From IMG/VR virus record IMGVR_UViG_3300021963_000060, positions 1 through 64,000 of that record: 64,000 nucleotides of DNA. The stretch is one strand, 5' to 3'. Positions 36,167 to 46,700 of the stretch are shown piece after piece. Both the position numbers and the translations under genes were made by a program. Within the stretch, counting starts at the first letter, position 1, and each line of letters opens with the position of its first letter. Under the pieces are notes generated by a model. It was not told the origin of the DNA. It saw nothing but the letters and a program-made list of their open reading frames with translations, and did no database searches. Source of the DNA: a virus.

Positions 36167-37626
36167 GATTTTAAATTAATAGTAATTATTTCATAATTAA
36201 ATTTTTCTTCGTTATAAATTTTTATTCTTTCTATCAGATGATTTAAAGTATAATTTTTTCTTGAATTATGAGTACAATCATCAGATATATCATAAAGCAT
36301 TGCTTTTGTTTTATTTTTTCCTTTTCTAAGGACTCTTCCAATACTTTGTAAATTTCTAATTCTTGATTTACTTGGAGAGGCAAAGATTACATTATGGAGA
36401 TTTCTTATATTAATACCAGTAGAAAAAACACCATATGATGCAATGATAATTGCATTTTCTTCACACTCAGTTATAGCTCTAACTTCCTCTCTTTCACTTG
36501 TTTCAACACCACCATGAACAAAAAATACCTTTCTGTTACTATCAACACTATTATTTATTAGGTTGTATAGTGGTTCTCCATGTGTTTCAATTCTAGAAAA
36601 AAGAATAAGACTGTTTCCTTTTAAATCTAATACTAAATTTTTAATAAAATTATTTCTTTTCTCGTGATTGATAATAAATTGAATCTCATCTTCATAAGTT
36701 TCAAATCTTTGTGGACTATGTTTTAGTATTAAACACCTAATATCCAATTTAGTTAGATGTCCTTGTTCCATCAATTCTGAAGTTCTTGTAACTTTATATG
36801 ATGGTCCAAACAGGCCTTCAAGAACCCATTTATGAGTTTGTGACCCATCTAGAGTTCCAGTGAAACCAAATCTATATTTTGCATTATGTAATTTGGTCAT
36901 AATACCAATCAAAGATTTGCTCTTAAATAGATGAGCCTCATCTCCAATAACTACATCATAGTCTTCAAAAAAATTCTTATCTAATTTATAAATTGATTGC
37001 CATGTAGTGATTGTAACTGGATGACTATTATCTTTTTCTTTACCACCATATATTTTATAACAATATGAATCAACATCCCAACCATAATCTCGGAAGTCCC
37101 CGAACATCTGCTCTACTAGACTTGTCGTTGGAACAACTAAAAGAATTTTTTGGTTCTTATCCACATAGTAACGCACGAGGGCGTAGATCATCAGACTTTT
37201 TCCTGACGCAGTGGGACTTATCAGCAACTTTCGATTATATCGTAGGGCATCATATACTCCCTCTATTTGATAAGAACGTGGAGAATGTGAACAAATAGAG
37301 GTCATGTAATCTTTTACGCCTTCCATTGAGATTTCCTCGTTAACTTCGAATGGAAGACCGTAATATTTGTTTTCTGAAAAACTATAAGTATAATTGTGTA
37401 ATTTTAATTTAGATATTAATTTATCCAATAATCCAATATAAATTTCTCCAGTATGAATGTTTAATAAACGAATCATACCATCCCAATATTTACTTCTCAT
37501 TTGAGGCATAAACTTTGCCCCAGGAACCTCAAATGTAAAGTATTCTTGAAGCTCATACAAAATATGAGGTTCACATTCTAACTTGATGTAAACCTCATTC
37601 TTTTTGTGTATTATTACGTCACTCAT
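36163..37626 (-). CDS. uvsW: SF2 RNA-DNA/DNA helicase
   Basis: PTASGKS, DEAH, TGT, QSIGRVLR. Confidence 0.96.
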   Translation of the reverse strand: MSDVIIHKKNEVYIKLECEPHILYELQEYFTFEVPGAKFMPQMRSKYWDGMIRLLNIHTGEIYIGLLDKLISKLKLHNYTYSFSENKYYGLPFEVNEEISMEGVKDYMTSICSHSPRSYQIEGVYDALRYNRKLLISPTASGKSLMIYALVRYYVDKNQKILLVVPTTSLVEQMFGDFRDYGWDVDSYCYKIYGGKEKDNSHPVTITTWQSIYKLDKNFFEDYDVVIGDEAHLFKSKSLIGIMTKLHNAKYRFGFTGTLDGSQTHKWVLEGLFGPSYKVTRTSELMEQGHLTKLDIRCLILKHSPQRFETYEDEIQFIINHEKRNNFIKNLVLDLKGNSLILFSRIETHGEPLYNLINNSVDSNRKVFFVHGGVETSEREEVRAITECEENAIIIASYGVFSTGINIRNLHNVIFASPSKSRIRNLQSIGRVLRKGKNKTKAMLYDISDDCTHNSRKNYTLNHLIERIKIYNEEKFNYEIITINLKS

Positions 37627-37677
37627 AGTTAATGATATTTTCTATGAGTATTTAGAGACATTTAAAAATATTATATT

Positions 37678-38115
37678 TTACCCTAGTCCTGATTGAAATC
37701 TCATATATTCTATTGAGTTCTTAATTTGATATCCTCTATTATGAATCATTTTAATAATGTCTTCAATATAATTAAGCATTACATCATAGTATTCTACTTT
37801 TAAATTTATTTGTGCTAATTTTGAATCGGCATCCATATACTTTTGAAGAGAATCTTTATCTCTTACTTTTTTAGGAAATGGATTTTCAATATAAACTTCT
37901 GGATCAGCCTTTCCTGTATAATATTCATATCTATCATGTTTTATATTTTTTCTATTTTGTTCTGCTTTCTTTCTTAGAAGTAGAATATTATTATAAAGAT
38001 TATAGTACTTTGAATGTAGGATTGGTATATTTAAAGATTCTGTATGTAAGTTATCAATATCAATTTTGGAATCTTTTTCCCACATACTTTGGATCATATC
38101 AAGATCAATACTCAT
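37678..38115 (-). CDS. uvsY: Recombination mediator
   Basis: LHSKY, YYTGKA, RGYQIKNSIEY; position between gp3 and uvsW. Confidence 0.9.
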   Translation of the reverse strand: MSIDLDMIQSMWEKDSKIDIDNLHTESLNIPILHSKYYNLYNNILLLRKKAEQNRKNIKHDRYEYYTGKADPEVYIENPFPKKVRDKDSLQKYMDADSKLAQINLKVEYYDVMLNYIEDIIKMIHNRGYQIKNSIEYMRFQSGLG

Positions 38116-38675
38116 AAATTATTTCCTTTCTTATCAGTTATATTATACATCAAATACTTAAATGTTACATCTGCAGTAAAGTATTCAACATCAGTTTGAG
38201 TTGCGTCAAATTGCAATGCAGACAAACTGTATGGGAACATTGATCTGAATACAATTTGAAAATTACTATTTTGATTGCTATTTAATACTAATAATGTTCC
38301 ATCAGAATACAAATTCATTTGAGACTTATATGGTTGCTCAAACTTTTCATTAGATTCTTGAAACTCATATATTTGATTTAAAGATTCTGGATATCCTATT
38401 CCCCTAATCCAGTTTTGGATTTCCATATAATTTTCTAGATTTTCATCAACTAGAAATCTTAGTGTGAAATCTTCAAATTCTACTTTATCTCCAGGGACAG
38501 GTATATCTCTAAGATAACTTGGTTGATTTGCAATACCTAAGGTAATTCCTGGTATATTAGCACTATTTGAGAAGAATGCGACTTTAGGAGACCTGTTAAT
38601 AGTAAACTTAAATCCAACAGGTGCTAAAAAGTTTCTATTCTGAATTTGATTTTTGAAGGAATTTCCAACAGACAT
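38112..38675 (-). CDS. gp3: Tail completion / sheath stabiliser
   Basis: NFLAPVGFKF, ANIPG, PGDK, FLVDENLENY; follows gp23. Confidence 0.88.
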   Translation of the reverse strand: MSVGNSFKNQIQNRNFLAPVGFKFTINRSPKVAFFSNSANIPGITLGIANQPSYLRDIPVPGDKVEFEDFTLRFLVDENLENYMEIQNWIRGIGYPESLNQIYEFQESNEKFEQPYKSQMNLYSDGTLLVLNSNQNSNFQIVFRSMFPYSLSALQFDATQTDVEYFTADVTFKYLMYNITDKKGNNL

Positions 38676-38693
38676 TTTTTTAAATATTTAGAT

Positions 38694-38717
38694 AAAAAAA
38701 AGGTGCCTTTCGGCACC
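38694..38717 (-). terminator. gp23 terminator
   Basis: GGTGCC-GAAA-GGCACC-T run, then CTAAATA. Confidence 0.85.
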
Positions 38718-38739
38718 CTTGAACTTTATGGAATTTTGA

Positions 38740-40143
38740 TCACATAAGGTTCTTGATTTGTACTCTTCTGTAGTAACGGTTTGCGTTAGTTGTAAGAGCA
38801 CCAAGACCCTTGTTAGCGCCTTCTGCGAATGGGTTAGCAACAAGACCATAACGAGTCTTGAAGCCGATCTTGGGCTGGAAGGTGTTCTCGCCAACAGCAC
38901 GTACCATCTGGAGAGGTACATATGGGCAATAGAAGAGACCAGCATCATAAGGGGAAGAACCCTTATAACCTACAACGTAGTACTGGTTGCTGCTTACGTT
39001 TGCAGCATAAGGATCGATATAAACACGATACTTACCCATTAGAACACCAGCGAAGGTGTTACCAGTGTCGTCAACGTTGAGGTTTGCATTTAGAGCAGGG
39101 GTGTAATCAAGTACACCAGCCATGCTTAGTGCGGAAGCAACGTCTGCAGAACACATGATAACGTTGCCCTTTCCTCTACGAGTTCTTTGTGCGATTGCGT
39201 TAGCGTCGCGCTCGATTTGGAAGAGTAGACCCTTGAACTTCTCAACGGACCAACGACCATTGGAGTCAACGTCAAGGTCAAATACACCCTGAGTTGCTAC
39301 GTTAGCAGCAGCACCTTGCTCAGCAACCTTATAGATGGTTCTGATAACTTCTCTGTTGATTTCTGCGAGGATCTCAGTGGAGAGAATGTTAGCAAGTTCT
39401 GCTTCTGCATTTAGACCGTGGATTGCCTTGAGGTCTTGAGCGAGCTCTAGGGAGTACTCAGCCTTAAGTGCTCTGGACTTTGCTTCAACAAGAACTTTCT
39501 CGATTGAGAAAGCCATTTCGTTGAATTGATTACCAGAACCGTTTCCGAGATTCTCAGAATCGGTGGTCTTCATGCCCTGACCAACGTTATATGCAGCTTC
39601 GCTTGCAGTTGCAGTTGGGTTTAGGAGACCAGGGTTGCTGCCTGCTTGTGCAGTAGTACCCATACCAACAGCAGCATTAGTTGCTGCAGTTGTGTTGTAA
39701 CCGCTGTCCTGACCAGAGAATGCAGTATCTACTTCATTGTAGAAGCTTTCTGCACCAGTCTGGTTGTTGTAGCGGGAGCGCATTGCGAAGATAAGTCCAG
39801 TAGGACCGTTCATTGGTTGAACACCAGCGAGGTCATAAGCGACCAGGTTAGGCATTGCACGTCTGATTAGTGAAATCAGAACAGGGTCGAAACCTGCAAC
39901 TGGACCACCAGCATCGGCACCAGCACTAAAACCTGCTGATCCGTTACCAGTAGAAGTGTTTACAGTTGGGGATTCAGTTAGGAGACCAGTGCTTGAAAAA
40001 GACTGCTGCTCTCTTAAAAATCTTTCTTGGTTCTCTAGCAGGACGGCGGTTACTGCCTTTCTGTGGGGATCTTTGATAGGATCAAGACCTTCATAATTTA
40101 GAAGGGGTGCCCACTTTTCCTGCAGATGCTCTGCGTTGAACAT
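38740..40143 (-). CDS. gp23: Major capsid protein
   Basis: EKWAPLL, LLENQE, GVQPMNGPTGLIFAMR, YCPYVPL, FQPKIGFKTRYG. Confidence 0.99.
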   Translation of the reverse strand: MFNAEHLQEKWAPLLNYEGLDPIKDPHRKAVTAVLLENQERFLREQQSFSSTGLLTESPTVNTSTGNGSAGFSAGADAGGPVAGFDPVLISLIRRAMPNLVAYDLAGVQPMNGPTGLIFAMRSRYNNQTGAESFYNEVDTAFSGQDSGYNTTAATNAAVGMGTTAQAGSNPGLLNPTATASEAAYNVGQGMKTTDSENLGNGSGNQFNEMAFSIEKVLVEAKSRALKAEYSLELAQDLKAIHGLNAEAELANILSTEILAEINREVIRTIYKVAEQGAAANVATQGVFDLDVDSNGRWSVEKFKGLLFQIERDANAIAQRTRRGKGNVIMCSADVASALSMAGVLDYTPALNANLNVDDTGNTFAGVLMGKYRVYIDPYAANVSSNQYYVVGYKGSSPYDAGLFYCPYVPLQMVRAVGENTFQPKIGFKTRYGLVANPFAEGANKGLGALTTNANRYYRRVQIKNLM

Positions 40144-40196
40144 TTGCGTTTACCTTTTACTAAGTGTGTGTGTGTTTTATTTGGATAATATTAAAT

Positions 40197-41423
40197 TCAC
40201 TTTTTAGCAACTGCTGAAAGAGTTCTCAAGTAAGCATTCATTGTATCTGAGTGATACTCAGTTGCAACGTCTACTCCTTCAGAAAGAGTTTCAGTTTTTG
40301 CTTGAGGAGATACTACTCTTGAAGGGAAATAAGATTCCTTCAAAGTCTCCAGCTTTTCACGATATTGTGCTTCACTCTCAAACTCAACACTTTCGGCAAG
40401 TGAAGCGAGCTTGTCTTTCTGAGAAAGTGCTAGACCCTCAGAAATCTCATCAAAGATTCCTTCTGCAACCGACTCTGCGAGACGCTTGTTTAGGGAAATA
40501 TTTCTTTCGATCTGCTCGTTGAGTTTTGTCTCCATTTCATCAAGTTTTTCTACCATGCTCTCTAGCACATCATATTTATCTTCAGGGATTGATACATAAT
40601 GATCTTCAAAAAGTCCTTTCAGACCAGTCATGAAGGACTCAGTGAGTTCTTCCTTCAGACCTTTCTCGATTGATAATCTATTTTCGTTAACCCATTCCTC
40701 GGAAACATATTCCAAGTATGCGTCAACACGCTCTTGAAGTTCAGACTTAATTTCTTCGACTTCTTCAAAAAGTCTCTGTTCATATTGAACTTCAAGAGAT
40801 TCTTTGATTTCAGATACTTTTGATCTGAGTGCAGATTCAAAAATAATTCTTGCTTTATCCTTAAACTCTTCGGAGAGTTCTTCTTCATCACCAGTGTTTA
40901 GGAGAGCATTCATATCTTCTTCGATATCATACTCTTCTTTCTGGGTCTTAGACTTTTCTTCGTCTTCGTCCTCATCCTCATCTTCTTCTTCGTCTTCGTC
41001 CTCATCATCTTCTTTCTTAGAAGCTTCAGTGACTAGATCCTCTTCATCTTCGCCTTCGGTTTCAATCTCCTCATCATACTCTTCTTCTTCATCAATTTCT
41101 TCATCAATTTCTTCAACTTCTTCTTTTACAGCATCAGACTTCTTAAGTGACTTCATTGAGTCAGCAGCTTTTGCTTTATTATTGACTACATTACTTACAG
41201 ACTTAAGACCCGTAGCTGGATCCTTAAGTTCTGCAGAACTATCATCAGGTCTATAATTATCTGGAGTAGGACCACCCAGATCTTCCCAAGAACCAGTCTG
41301 TCCATCAACAGCACCGGGCGCTAGTTTACCCATTGGCTCAGCTGCTTTTGCTCCAGCATTAACAGCGGTACGGGATTGCTTTGTGCCTACTTCCATTTCT
41401 TGTAGATTGTTACCACGAGACAT
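40197..41423 (-). CDS. gp22: Prohead core scaffold
   Basis: Highly acidic; ELSEEFKDKARIIFE, YLEYVSEEW; position; late promoter at 41456-41466. Confidence 0.93.
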   Translation of the reverse strand: MSRGNNLQEMEVGTKQSRTAVNAGAKAAEPMGKLAPGAVDGQTGSWEDLGGPTPDNYRPDDSSAELKDPATGLKSVSNVVNNKAKAADSMKSLKKSDAVKEEVEEIDEEIDEEEEYDEEIETEGEDEEDLVTEASKKEDDEDEDEEEDEDEDEDEEKSKTQKEEYDIEEDMNALLNTGDEEELSEEFKDKARIIFESALRSKVSEIKESLEVQYEQRLFEEVEEIKSELQERVDAYLEYVSEEWVNENRLSIEKGLKEELTESFMTGLKGLFEDHYVSIPEDKYDVLESMVEKLDEMETKLNEQIERNISLNKRLAESVAEGIFDEISEGLALSQKDKLASLAESVEFESEAQYREKLETLKESYFPSRVVSPQAKTETLSEGVDVATEYHSDTMNAYLRTLSAVAKK

Positions 41424-41486
41424 TTGAACTCTCCGATTTACCTTTATTAAATCTATATTTATTTATAAAATGACAATTTAGACATA

Positions 41487-42134
41487 TTAAAGAGAATTTA
41501 AAAAATCATTAAATAATCTAATCTTATTCTCTTCTAGTGCTTTTTGATCAATTAAAGTGTTGATTCTTTTTTGGAAATTAGAAACTTTTTGCTCAAGAAT
41601 TCCATTATTCCAAACCCACTCAACACCCTCCATAATTCCTTGAACAAATGCATCAGGCGCTGAAGGATCTGCGACAATATCAGCAGCTGTTGCTAACATA
41701 AAATCTTCACCTACTTCACTATAACCTTCTTTTGTTTGTCTTAATGAACCAATTCCTCTAGAAGAAACACCAAGAGTTACTCCATCTTTAAGAAGTGACT
41801 CGGCAATTTTTCCCATGGGAGTTGAAAGAATTTGTGCCTTACCTACAAAGTTATTTCCATCACGATATAATTCTGTAATTTTATGAGAGACCCTATCTAA
41901 ATTTACAGTAGGTCCATCTGGATGGCCTAGTTCACCAAGAGCTCTACCCTTTTTAACATACTGCTCACTATATCTTTTAACTTCTCTTTCCATTACGGGC
42001 ATACGGTAAACCCTTCCATTACGATTTACCTGCTCAGCTTGAAGAAAAATTCCTTTAATAAAAAGATTTTTCTTACCATTAGTTTCTTCGGTAAGAACTT
42101 CTACTTTTTCGATTTCCTCTCTGATTAATTTCAT
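41487..42134 (-). CDS. gp21: Prohead protease (likely start MKLIREE)
   Basis: NRNGRVY, ALGELGHP, GVSSRGIGSL, DIVADPSAPDA. Confidence 0.96.
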   Translation of the reverse strand: MKLIREEIEKVEVLTEETNGKKNLFIKGIFLQAEQVNRNGRVYRMPVMEREVKRYSEQYVKKGRALGELGHPDGPTVNLDRVSHKITELYRDGNNFVGKAQILSTPMGKIAESLLKDGVTLGVSSRGIGSLRQTKEGYSEVGEDFMLATAADIVADPSAPDAFVQGIMEGVEWVWNNGILEQKVSNFQKRINTLIDQKALEENKIRLFNDFLNSL

Positions 42135-42135
42135 T

Positions 42136-42684
42136 TTAAGCTTGCCCCGTAAATTGTACTTGTTGGATGTATAGTGTTCCAGAACCAGTTCCATAATTAG
42201 AAACTTTTAGTGATTTTCTAAGATCACCATCTGTAGAAAATGCTGTTACAATACCACTAGTATTTGCGCCAACTGTTATTCTTGTTGAAAAATAACCATC
42301 ATAATCAGAACTTCTATCTACAGATAAAACTGGGACATGAGTAAAGTTATAATATGGTTGTTGAACTGAAGTAAAAGAAACATAATCACCAATATCAAAT
42401 GGGGATCCAGTTCCCTGAAGAAAATCTATAGTAGTTGTTGTTCCTGTAGTAATTCCAGAAACAGCATGTGAAGCAGGACTTAATGCTAAAGTTGCTTGAG
42501 ATCCTGCTGGAATATAATAATCAGACGTAGTTGCTGTTGGTTCAGTTCCAATAGCGACATGAGTACCTGCACTAACTGCAACAAATCTTATAGTATCAGA
42601 ATATACTGGAAATGATGTTGAAAGAGTTGCTGATCCCGATGCAATTGCGGTTGAAAAACCACTACCAACTGGTTTATGAGCCAT
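42136..42684 (-). CDS. Putative virion structural protein (Thr/Ser/Gly-rich)
   Basis: Beta-rich composition, head-gene context, late promoter at about 42704. Confidence 0.7.
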   Translation of the reverse strand: MAHKPVGSGFSTAIASGSATLSTSFPVYSDTIRFVAVSAGTHVAIGTEPTATTSDYYIPAGSQATLALSPASHAVSGITTGTTTTIDFLQGTGSPFDIGDYVSFTSVQQPYYNFTHVPVLSVDRSSDYDGYFSTRITVGANTSGIVTAFSTDGDLRKSLKVSNYGTGSGTLYIQQVQFTGQA

Positions 42685-42717
42685 TATTCCTATAATACAC
42701 TTTTATTTATTTATTAT

Positions 42718-43974
42718 TTAATAAATTTCTCTCCATCTCATAGAAACACCAACATTAGAAGGATCATTTCCTATATTGCTTACTCTCACTGAAAAAATTT
42801 CAGAATCTGTAGAATCAAAATTTTGAGACAAAAAGTTTTTCTTTGAAGTTGGCCCAGTTTGAACTTGTGCAGTTGTTGCTGATGGTTTAACTATATTTTG
42901 ACTATCTCCTGCAGCATAACCTCCCATAAAGTCTTCAAAGTAAACTGTGCTAATACCAGTTGCTGTTTGGTTGTATTCAACTACAGACTCATCATTTTCA
43001 GAAATCCAAGTACCAGTAGTATTAATTCCAACAGAACTTCTTAGTTTTACAACTTCATATTTTACATTTGATCCACTACTGAATACTGTAATATCTTCAA
43101 GTTTTACTGTTGCCCTATTTGGATATCCTTTGAAAGAATTTTTTAATCTTATTGCAATAATAGGAACAGTAGTTCCAATACCAACAGATCTAAGTGGAGT
43201 TGTATGTGAAAATTCTCTTCCTGCTTCTGTATATCCACCCTCACTCATAACTGTGGAGCAAATTTGAACGAATGATCCACCGGCACCAACTTGTGTTCCA
43301 CTGTTTCTAATTTCGCATCTTACAGGAAGATTTGGATTAGACATATAGACAGTAGGCAAAACATTTGAATTATAAAATTCATGTGCGACAATATTGAGTC
43401 CATCTATACTAAAACCACAACGAACTCTACCAACTCCTAACCATTCAAAGTCTGTAAAAAATAGTTGAGATTTTGTGATATCTAAATTAAATCCAGATAC
43501 ACCATTCCCATCAAGTTTATCTTTGTTCCATTGAGATTGTGGAATTCTTCTTTCTGATACTCCTATTCCTGCAGTAACATAAGATCTAATTACAAAACTT
43601 AGAGTTCCATCTGGAGATTGTTCAAAGAAAATTCCGTCTCTATCGTCAAAATATCCAGTTCTTTTAGTAACATTCTGTTGCGCAGGACCAAAATTAAATG
43701 TCGAATAAATTAACTGAGATTTACCGGGCATATAATGATGATATCTTTTAGTCTGATGGATACAATATCCATTAGTACTAATTCCAGATTGAAGTATAGC
43801 CGCTGCTTGATTTCTATCAAAAGAAACAGTAGCTCCAACACCAGATTTAACATCAATAAAATCAGGATCAATTGAATATAGATGTTTATAATCACCCAGT
43901 GTAAATGGGTCTGATGTTCTTAATCTACCAAAAGCATCTATTTCTGGTTTAAATGGATCATATAAGTGAGACAT
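42718..43974 (-). CDS. Putative virion structural protein (beta-sandwich)
   Basis: DAFGRLRTS start, YMPGKSQL, DFEWLGVGRVRCG; many G(I/V)(G/S)T motifs. Confidence 0.7.
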   Translation of the reverse strand: MSHLYDPFKPEIDAFGRLRTSDPFTLGDYKHLYSIDPDFIDVKSGVGATVSFDRNQAAAILQSGISTNGYCIHQTKRYHHYMPGKSQLIYSTFNFGPAQQNVTKRTGYFDDRDGIFFEQSPDGTLSFVIRSYVTAGIGVSERRIPQSQWNKDKLDGNGVSGFNLDITKSQLFFTDFEWLGVGRVRCGFSIDGLNIVAHEFYNSNVLPTVYMSNPNLPVRCEIRNSGTQVGAGGSFVQICSTVMSEGGYTEAGREFSHTTPLRSVGIGTTVPIIAIRLKNSFKGYPNRATVKLEDITVFSSGSNVKYEVVKLRSSVGINTTGTWISENDESVVEYNQTATGISTVYFEDFMGGYAAGDSQNIVKPSATTAQVQTGPTSKKNFLSQNFDSTDSEIFSVRVSNIGNDPSNVGVSMRWREIY

Positions 43975-44774
43975 TAGATTACCCTCCAGGAATTACCTTT
44001 CCAAATAAATGTTAAACTTCCAAAATTAAAAGCAAGAATTGCTCTATCCCTACCATCAATTTTATCTGATCCTGTTGGTAGAATTGTTATATGTCTGTTA
44101 GTTCCTTTTGCTGCTTCTCCAAGTTCATCTTTAACAACAAATATTTTTCCTTCTCTGTCTGCTTTAGGTAGAGTAATAGTTACTGCACCTGCATAATTAA
44201 CCCCAATATAGTAATCTTGAGGTCTTATTGTATAAGATGAAGTTGTTACGGATGTTATTGGAACATCCATATACGTTAGATTTGTTTCACCACCTCCACC
44301 AAATGTGGAAATTTGTTGTTGAATCCTTGAAAGAAATAGTTTATAATGCTTATTTAAATCTTCTAAAGTAACAAAATTCTGATCTAAAGGAGTTAATGGA
44401 TCACTTTGCTGTTTTACATTAGAAGGTTCAGAAAGAAGTCCTAAAGATTTTTCTTTAATTTCTTCTGGTTCTTTTAATTCTAATACGTCTTTTTTATCTT
44501 CTACATTTTCTATAATATTCTCTTCTTTTGGTTCCTTAGGAACCTCTAAGTCAATATTATCTTCAAGTAAAATATTTTCAAGAATTTCTATTTTTCTTTT
44601 TGTCTTTTCTTTTATTTTTTTACTTTTCTTTTTTAGAGAACCTACCTCTTCAAAGATAGAGTTTAAATCCAAATCACCAACAATAGATTTAAATTGTGTT
44701 TTTTCTTTCTTTTTTTCTTTGTTTACCTCAGAAAAAAATGAAGAAAGACTTAAATCTAAATTGATATCATCCAC
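43974..44774 (-). CDS. Hypothetical protein: charged N-half plus fibre-type C-terminal beta domain
   Basis: GGGGE hinge then DYYIGVN...ITLP...VKDE...W. Confidence 0.65.
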   Translation of the reverse strand: MDDINLDLSLSSFFSEVNKEKKKEKTQFKSIVGDLDLNSIFEEVGSLKKKSKKIKEKTKRKIEILENILLEDNIDLEVPKEPKEENIIENVEDKKDVLELKEPEEIKEKSLGLLSEPSNVKQQSDPLTPLDQNFVTLEDLNKHYKLFLSRIQQQISTFGGGGETNLTYMDVPITSVTTSSYTIRPQDYYIGVNYAGAVTITLPKADREGKIFVVKDELGEAAKGTNRHITILPTGSDKIDGRDRAILAFNFGSLTFIWKGNSWRVI

Positions 44775-44779
44775 TTACA

Positions 44780-44962
44780 TTATTCCTCTTCCGAATTGAA
44801 ATTAATTTGATCAGTTCCGCTATTATTAAAAATTGAATCTGCTACTGAAGGTCTCAAATCATCTATTTTATCAGATGCTTTTGAGAACAAAATTTCTTTA
44901 ATCCTATCACTAATCTGAGAAGGTGATTCATCAGAAGCGATCATGTCCATGAGTTCGTCCAT
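44780..44962 (-). CDS. Small acidic prohead core protein (gp67-like position)
   Basis: Directly after portal; acidic helical 60 aa. Confidence 0.65.
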   Translation of the reverse strand: MDELMDMIASDESPSQISDRIKEILFSKASDKIDDLRPSVADSIFNNSGTDQINFNSEEE

Positions 44963-44993
44963 AGTAATTATAATTTAATTAATCTTTGGTTAT

Positions 44994-46670
44994 TTATATT
45001 TCTCCACCTTTGGGTTCTTTAACTTGGGTGACTTTTCCATCTGCCTCCAAATCTGGTTCCATAACTGGTTGACCTAAATCCATTCCAGCAGCTCCTGGAT
45101 CCATTGGAGCTCCTGTTTGAGGATCTATAGGTGCATTTGGATCCGCAATAATTCCTTCTTCAATTTCATTTTTAATTAGTTCATCTTGTTCAATTATTTC
45201 TTGATCAGTTTGACGAAGAATCTTACTTCTTACATAATTTTGAGAGAAATACTTCCCAACATAAGGTTCTGCAGTTGCTACTAAGTTTAGTCTTTCCGTT
45301 AGAAGTTCAGCATCCTTCAATTCTGAAAAATGATTATCATATAGGAAGTCATACTGAATATGATCTGCCATTTTCTCCCAATCTTCTGGAGTTATGATAT
45401 TCTTCAAAATCAATTGAGTTTTTAACATGTCGTTAAACATGTTAGAGAATCTCTTTCTCAATCTTCCCACAAATTTAGTGAACTTAAGTTCATCTCTTAA
45501 AATTTCTGAAGAGCGACCAAGATTAAAACCGCCTTCACCGTCCATTCTAGATGGTGGAACATTTAGAGAGCGATATAATTTCTTCTTAAAATATTCTACG
45601 TCAGTGAGTTCTCCAAGATTTTGACCTCCGGGAAGTGTAGTGATTTCAGTTCCTCTACCACCTTCACGACGAGGAAGCCAGAAATCCTCAAGCATACTCA
45701 TGAACTTCTTATCATCACGAATCTCACCAGTACTTGCATCATAAACAAGTTTGTTACGATAACGCATCATAACATCTCTGAGATATTGTTCTGCTTTTAC
45801 CTTGGGAAGATTACCTACATCGATGTAGAAGATTCTTCTTTCTGGCGCTCTAGAAAGTCTATAAATTACAAGAGAATCTTCAATCATACGAAGTTGATTG
45901 AGAGATTTAATTGCTTTGTTTAAATATGATAAACAAATTCCTTTGTTTCTGTCTACTAATCCTGAAGTGCAATATGTTACAGCATCTCTAGAGATTTTAA
46001 CTCCACCTCCTCCAGTAGAAGATTGATTTCCTCCTCCAGGGCCAACGGGATATGATGCTTTTGGAGTATAAACAAAATACTCCTCAATTTCTGGGAACTC
46101 GAAATCATCAGAGTCAAAACCATTTTTTATAGTTCTTACTCCAGACTTATTTTCCTTTTTCTTTTCTTTTCTGATATATCTCATCTTTAGAGAATCAATA
46201 TATCTTAATTCTTGAATACCATCATGTGGATTCTTAAAATCAATTACCTTATGATAATAAAGTCTTCCATCAATATACCAGTTTCTATAAATTTCGTGAG
46301 CTTTTTTATCGAAATCTAGTAGTTCTAGTAAGTATTTGAATTCTTCTCTTATTTTCTTTTTGATTCCATCACTCGCATTCAAATTAGAAAGTTCTATCTG
46401 AACGGGAGTATCATTTGAATCTGATACTATTGCTTCGTTTACGATATCTTCAATGGCGCTATCTACTTCTGGATGAAGCGCCATTTCTCTGTATCTTTTA
46501 ATTAAATCAAACTCTGATCTATATACACCTTCTATATCAACATAAGACCCAAAAAAACCACTTGTCAAATAATGATCAACCCCATCCTCATTATTTTGAG
46601 GGATGGGGGATACTACCGATGGTGATTGAGAATTTGTGTCCTCTATAGAGAAACCAAATAATCTAGACAT
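44994..46670 (-). CDS. gp20: Portal protein
   Basis: YRLSRAPERRIFYIDVGN, EDFWLPRREGGRGTEI. Confidence 0.99.
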   Translation of the reverse strand: MSRLFGFSIEDTNSQSPSVVSPIPQNNEDGVDHYLTSGFFGSYVDIEGVYRSEFDLIKRYREMALHPEVDSAIEDIVNEAIVSDSNDTPVQIELSNLNASDGIKKKIREEFKYLLELLDFDKKAHEIYRNWYIDGRLYYHKVIDFKNPHDGIQELRYIDSLKMRYIRKEKKKENKSGVRTIKNGFDSDDFEFPEIEEYFVYTPKASYPVGPGGGNQSSTGGGGVKISRDAVTYCTSGLVDRNKGICLSYLNKAIKSLNQLRMIEDSLVIYRLSRAPERRIFYIDVGNLPKVKAEQYLRDVMMRYRNKLVYDASTGEIRDDKKFMSMLEDFWLPRREGGRGTEITTLPGGQNLGELTDVEYFKKKLYRSLNVPPSRMDGEGGFNLGRSSEILRDELKFTKFVGRLRKRFSNMFNDMLKTQLILKNIITPEDWEKMADHIQYDFLYDNHFSELKDAELLTERLNLVATAEPYVGKYFSQNYVRSKILRQTDQEIIEQDELIKNEIEEGIIADPNAPIDPQTGAPMDPGAAGMDLGQPVMEPDLEADGKVTQVKEPKGGEI

Positions 46671-46700
46671 TATTTAAAAATTATCGTAACCTTCTTCTAT

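Noticed and set aside
40804-41256. Poly-serine plus-strand ORF / simple repeat
   Set aside because: Reverse complement of the Glu/Asp tract of gp22
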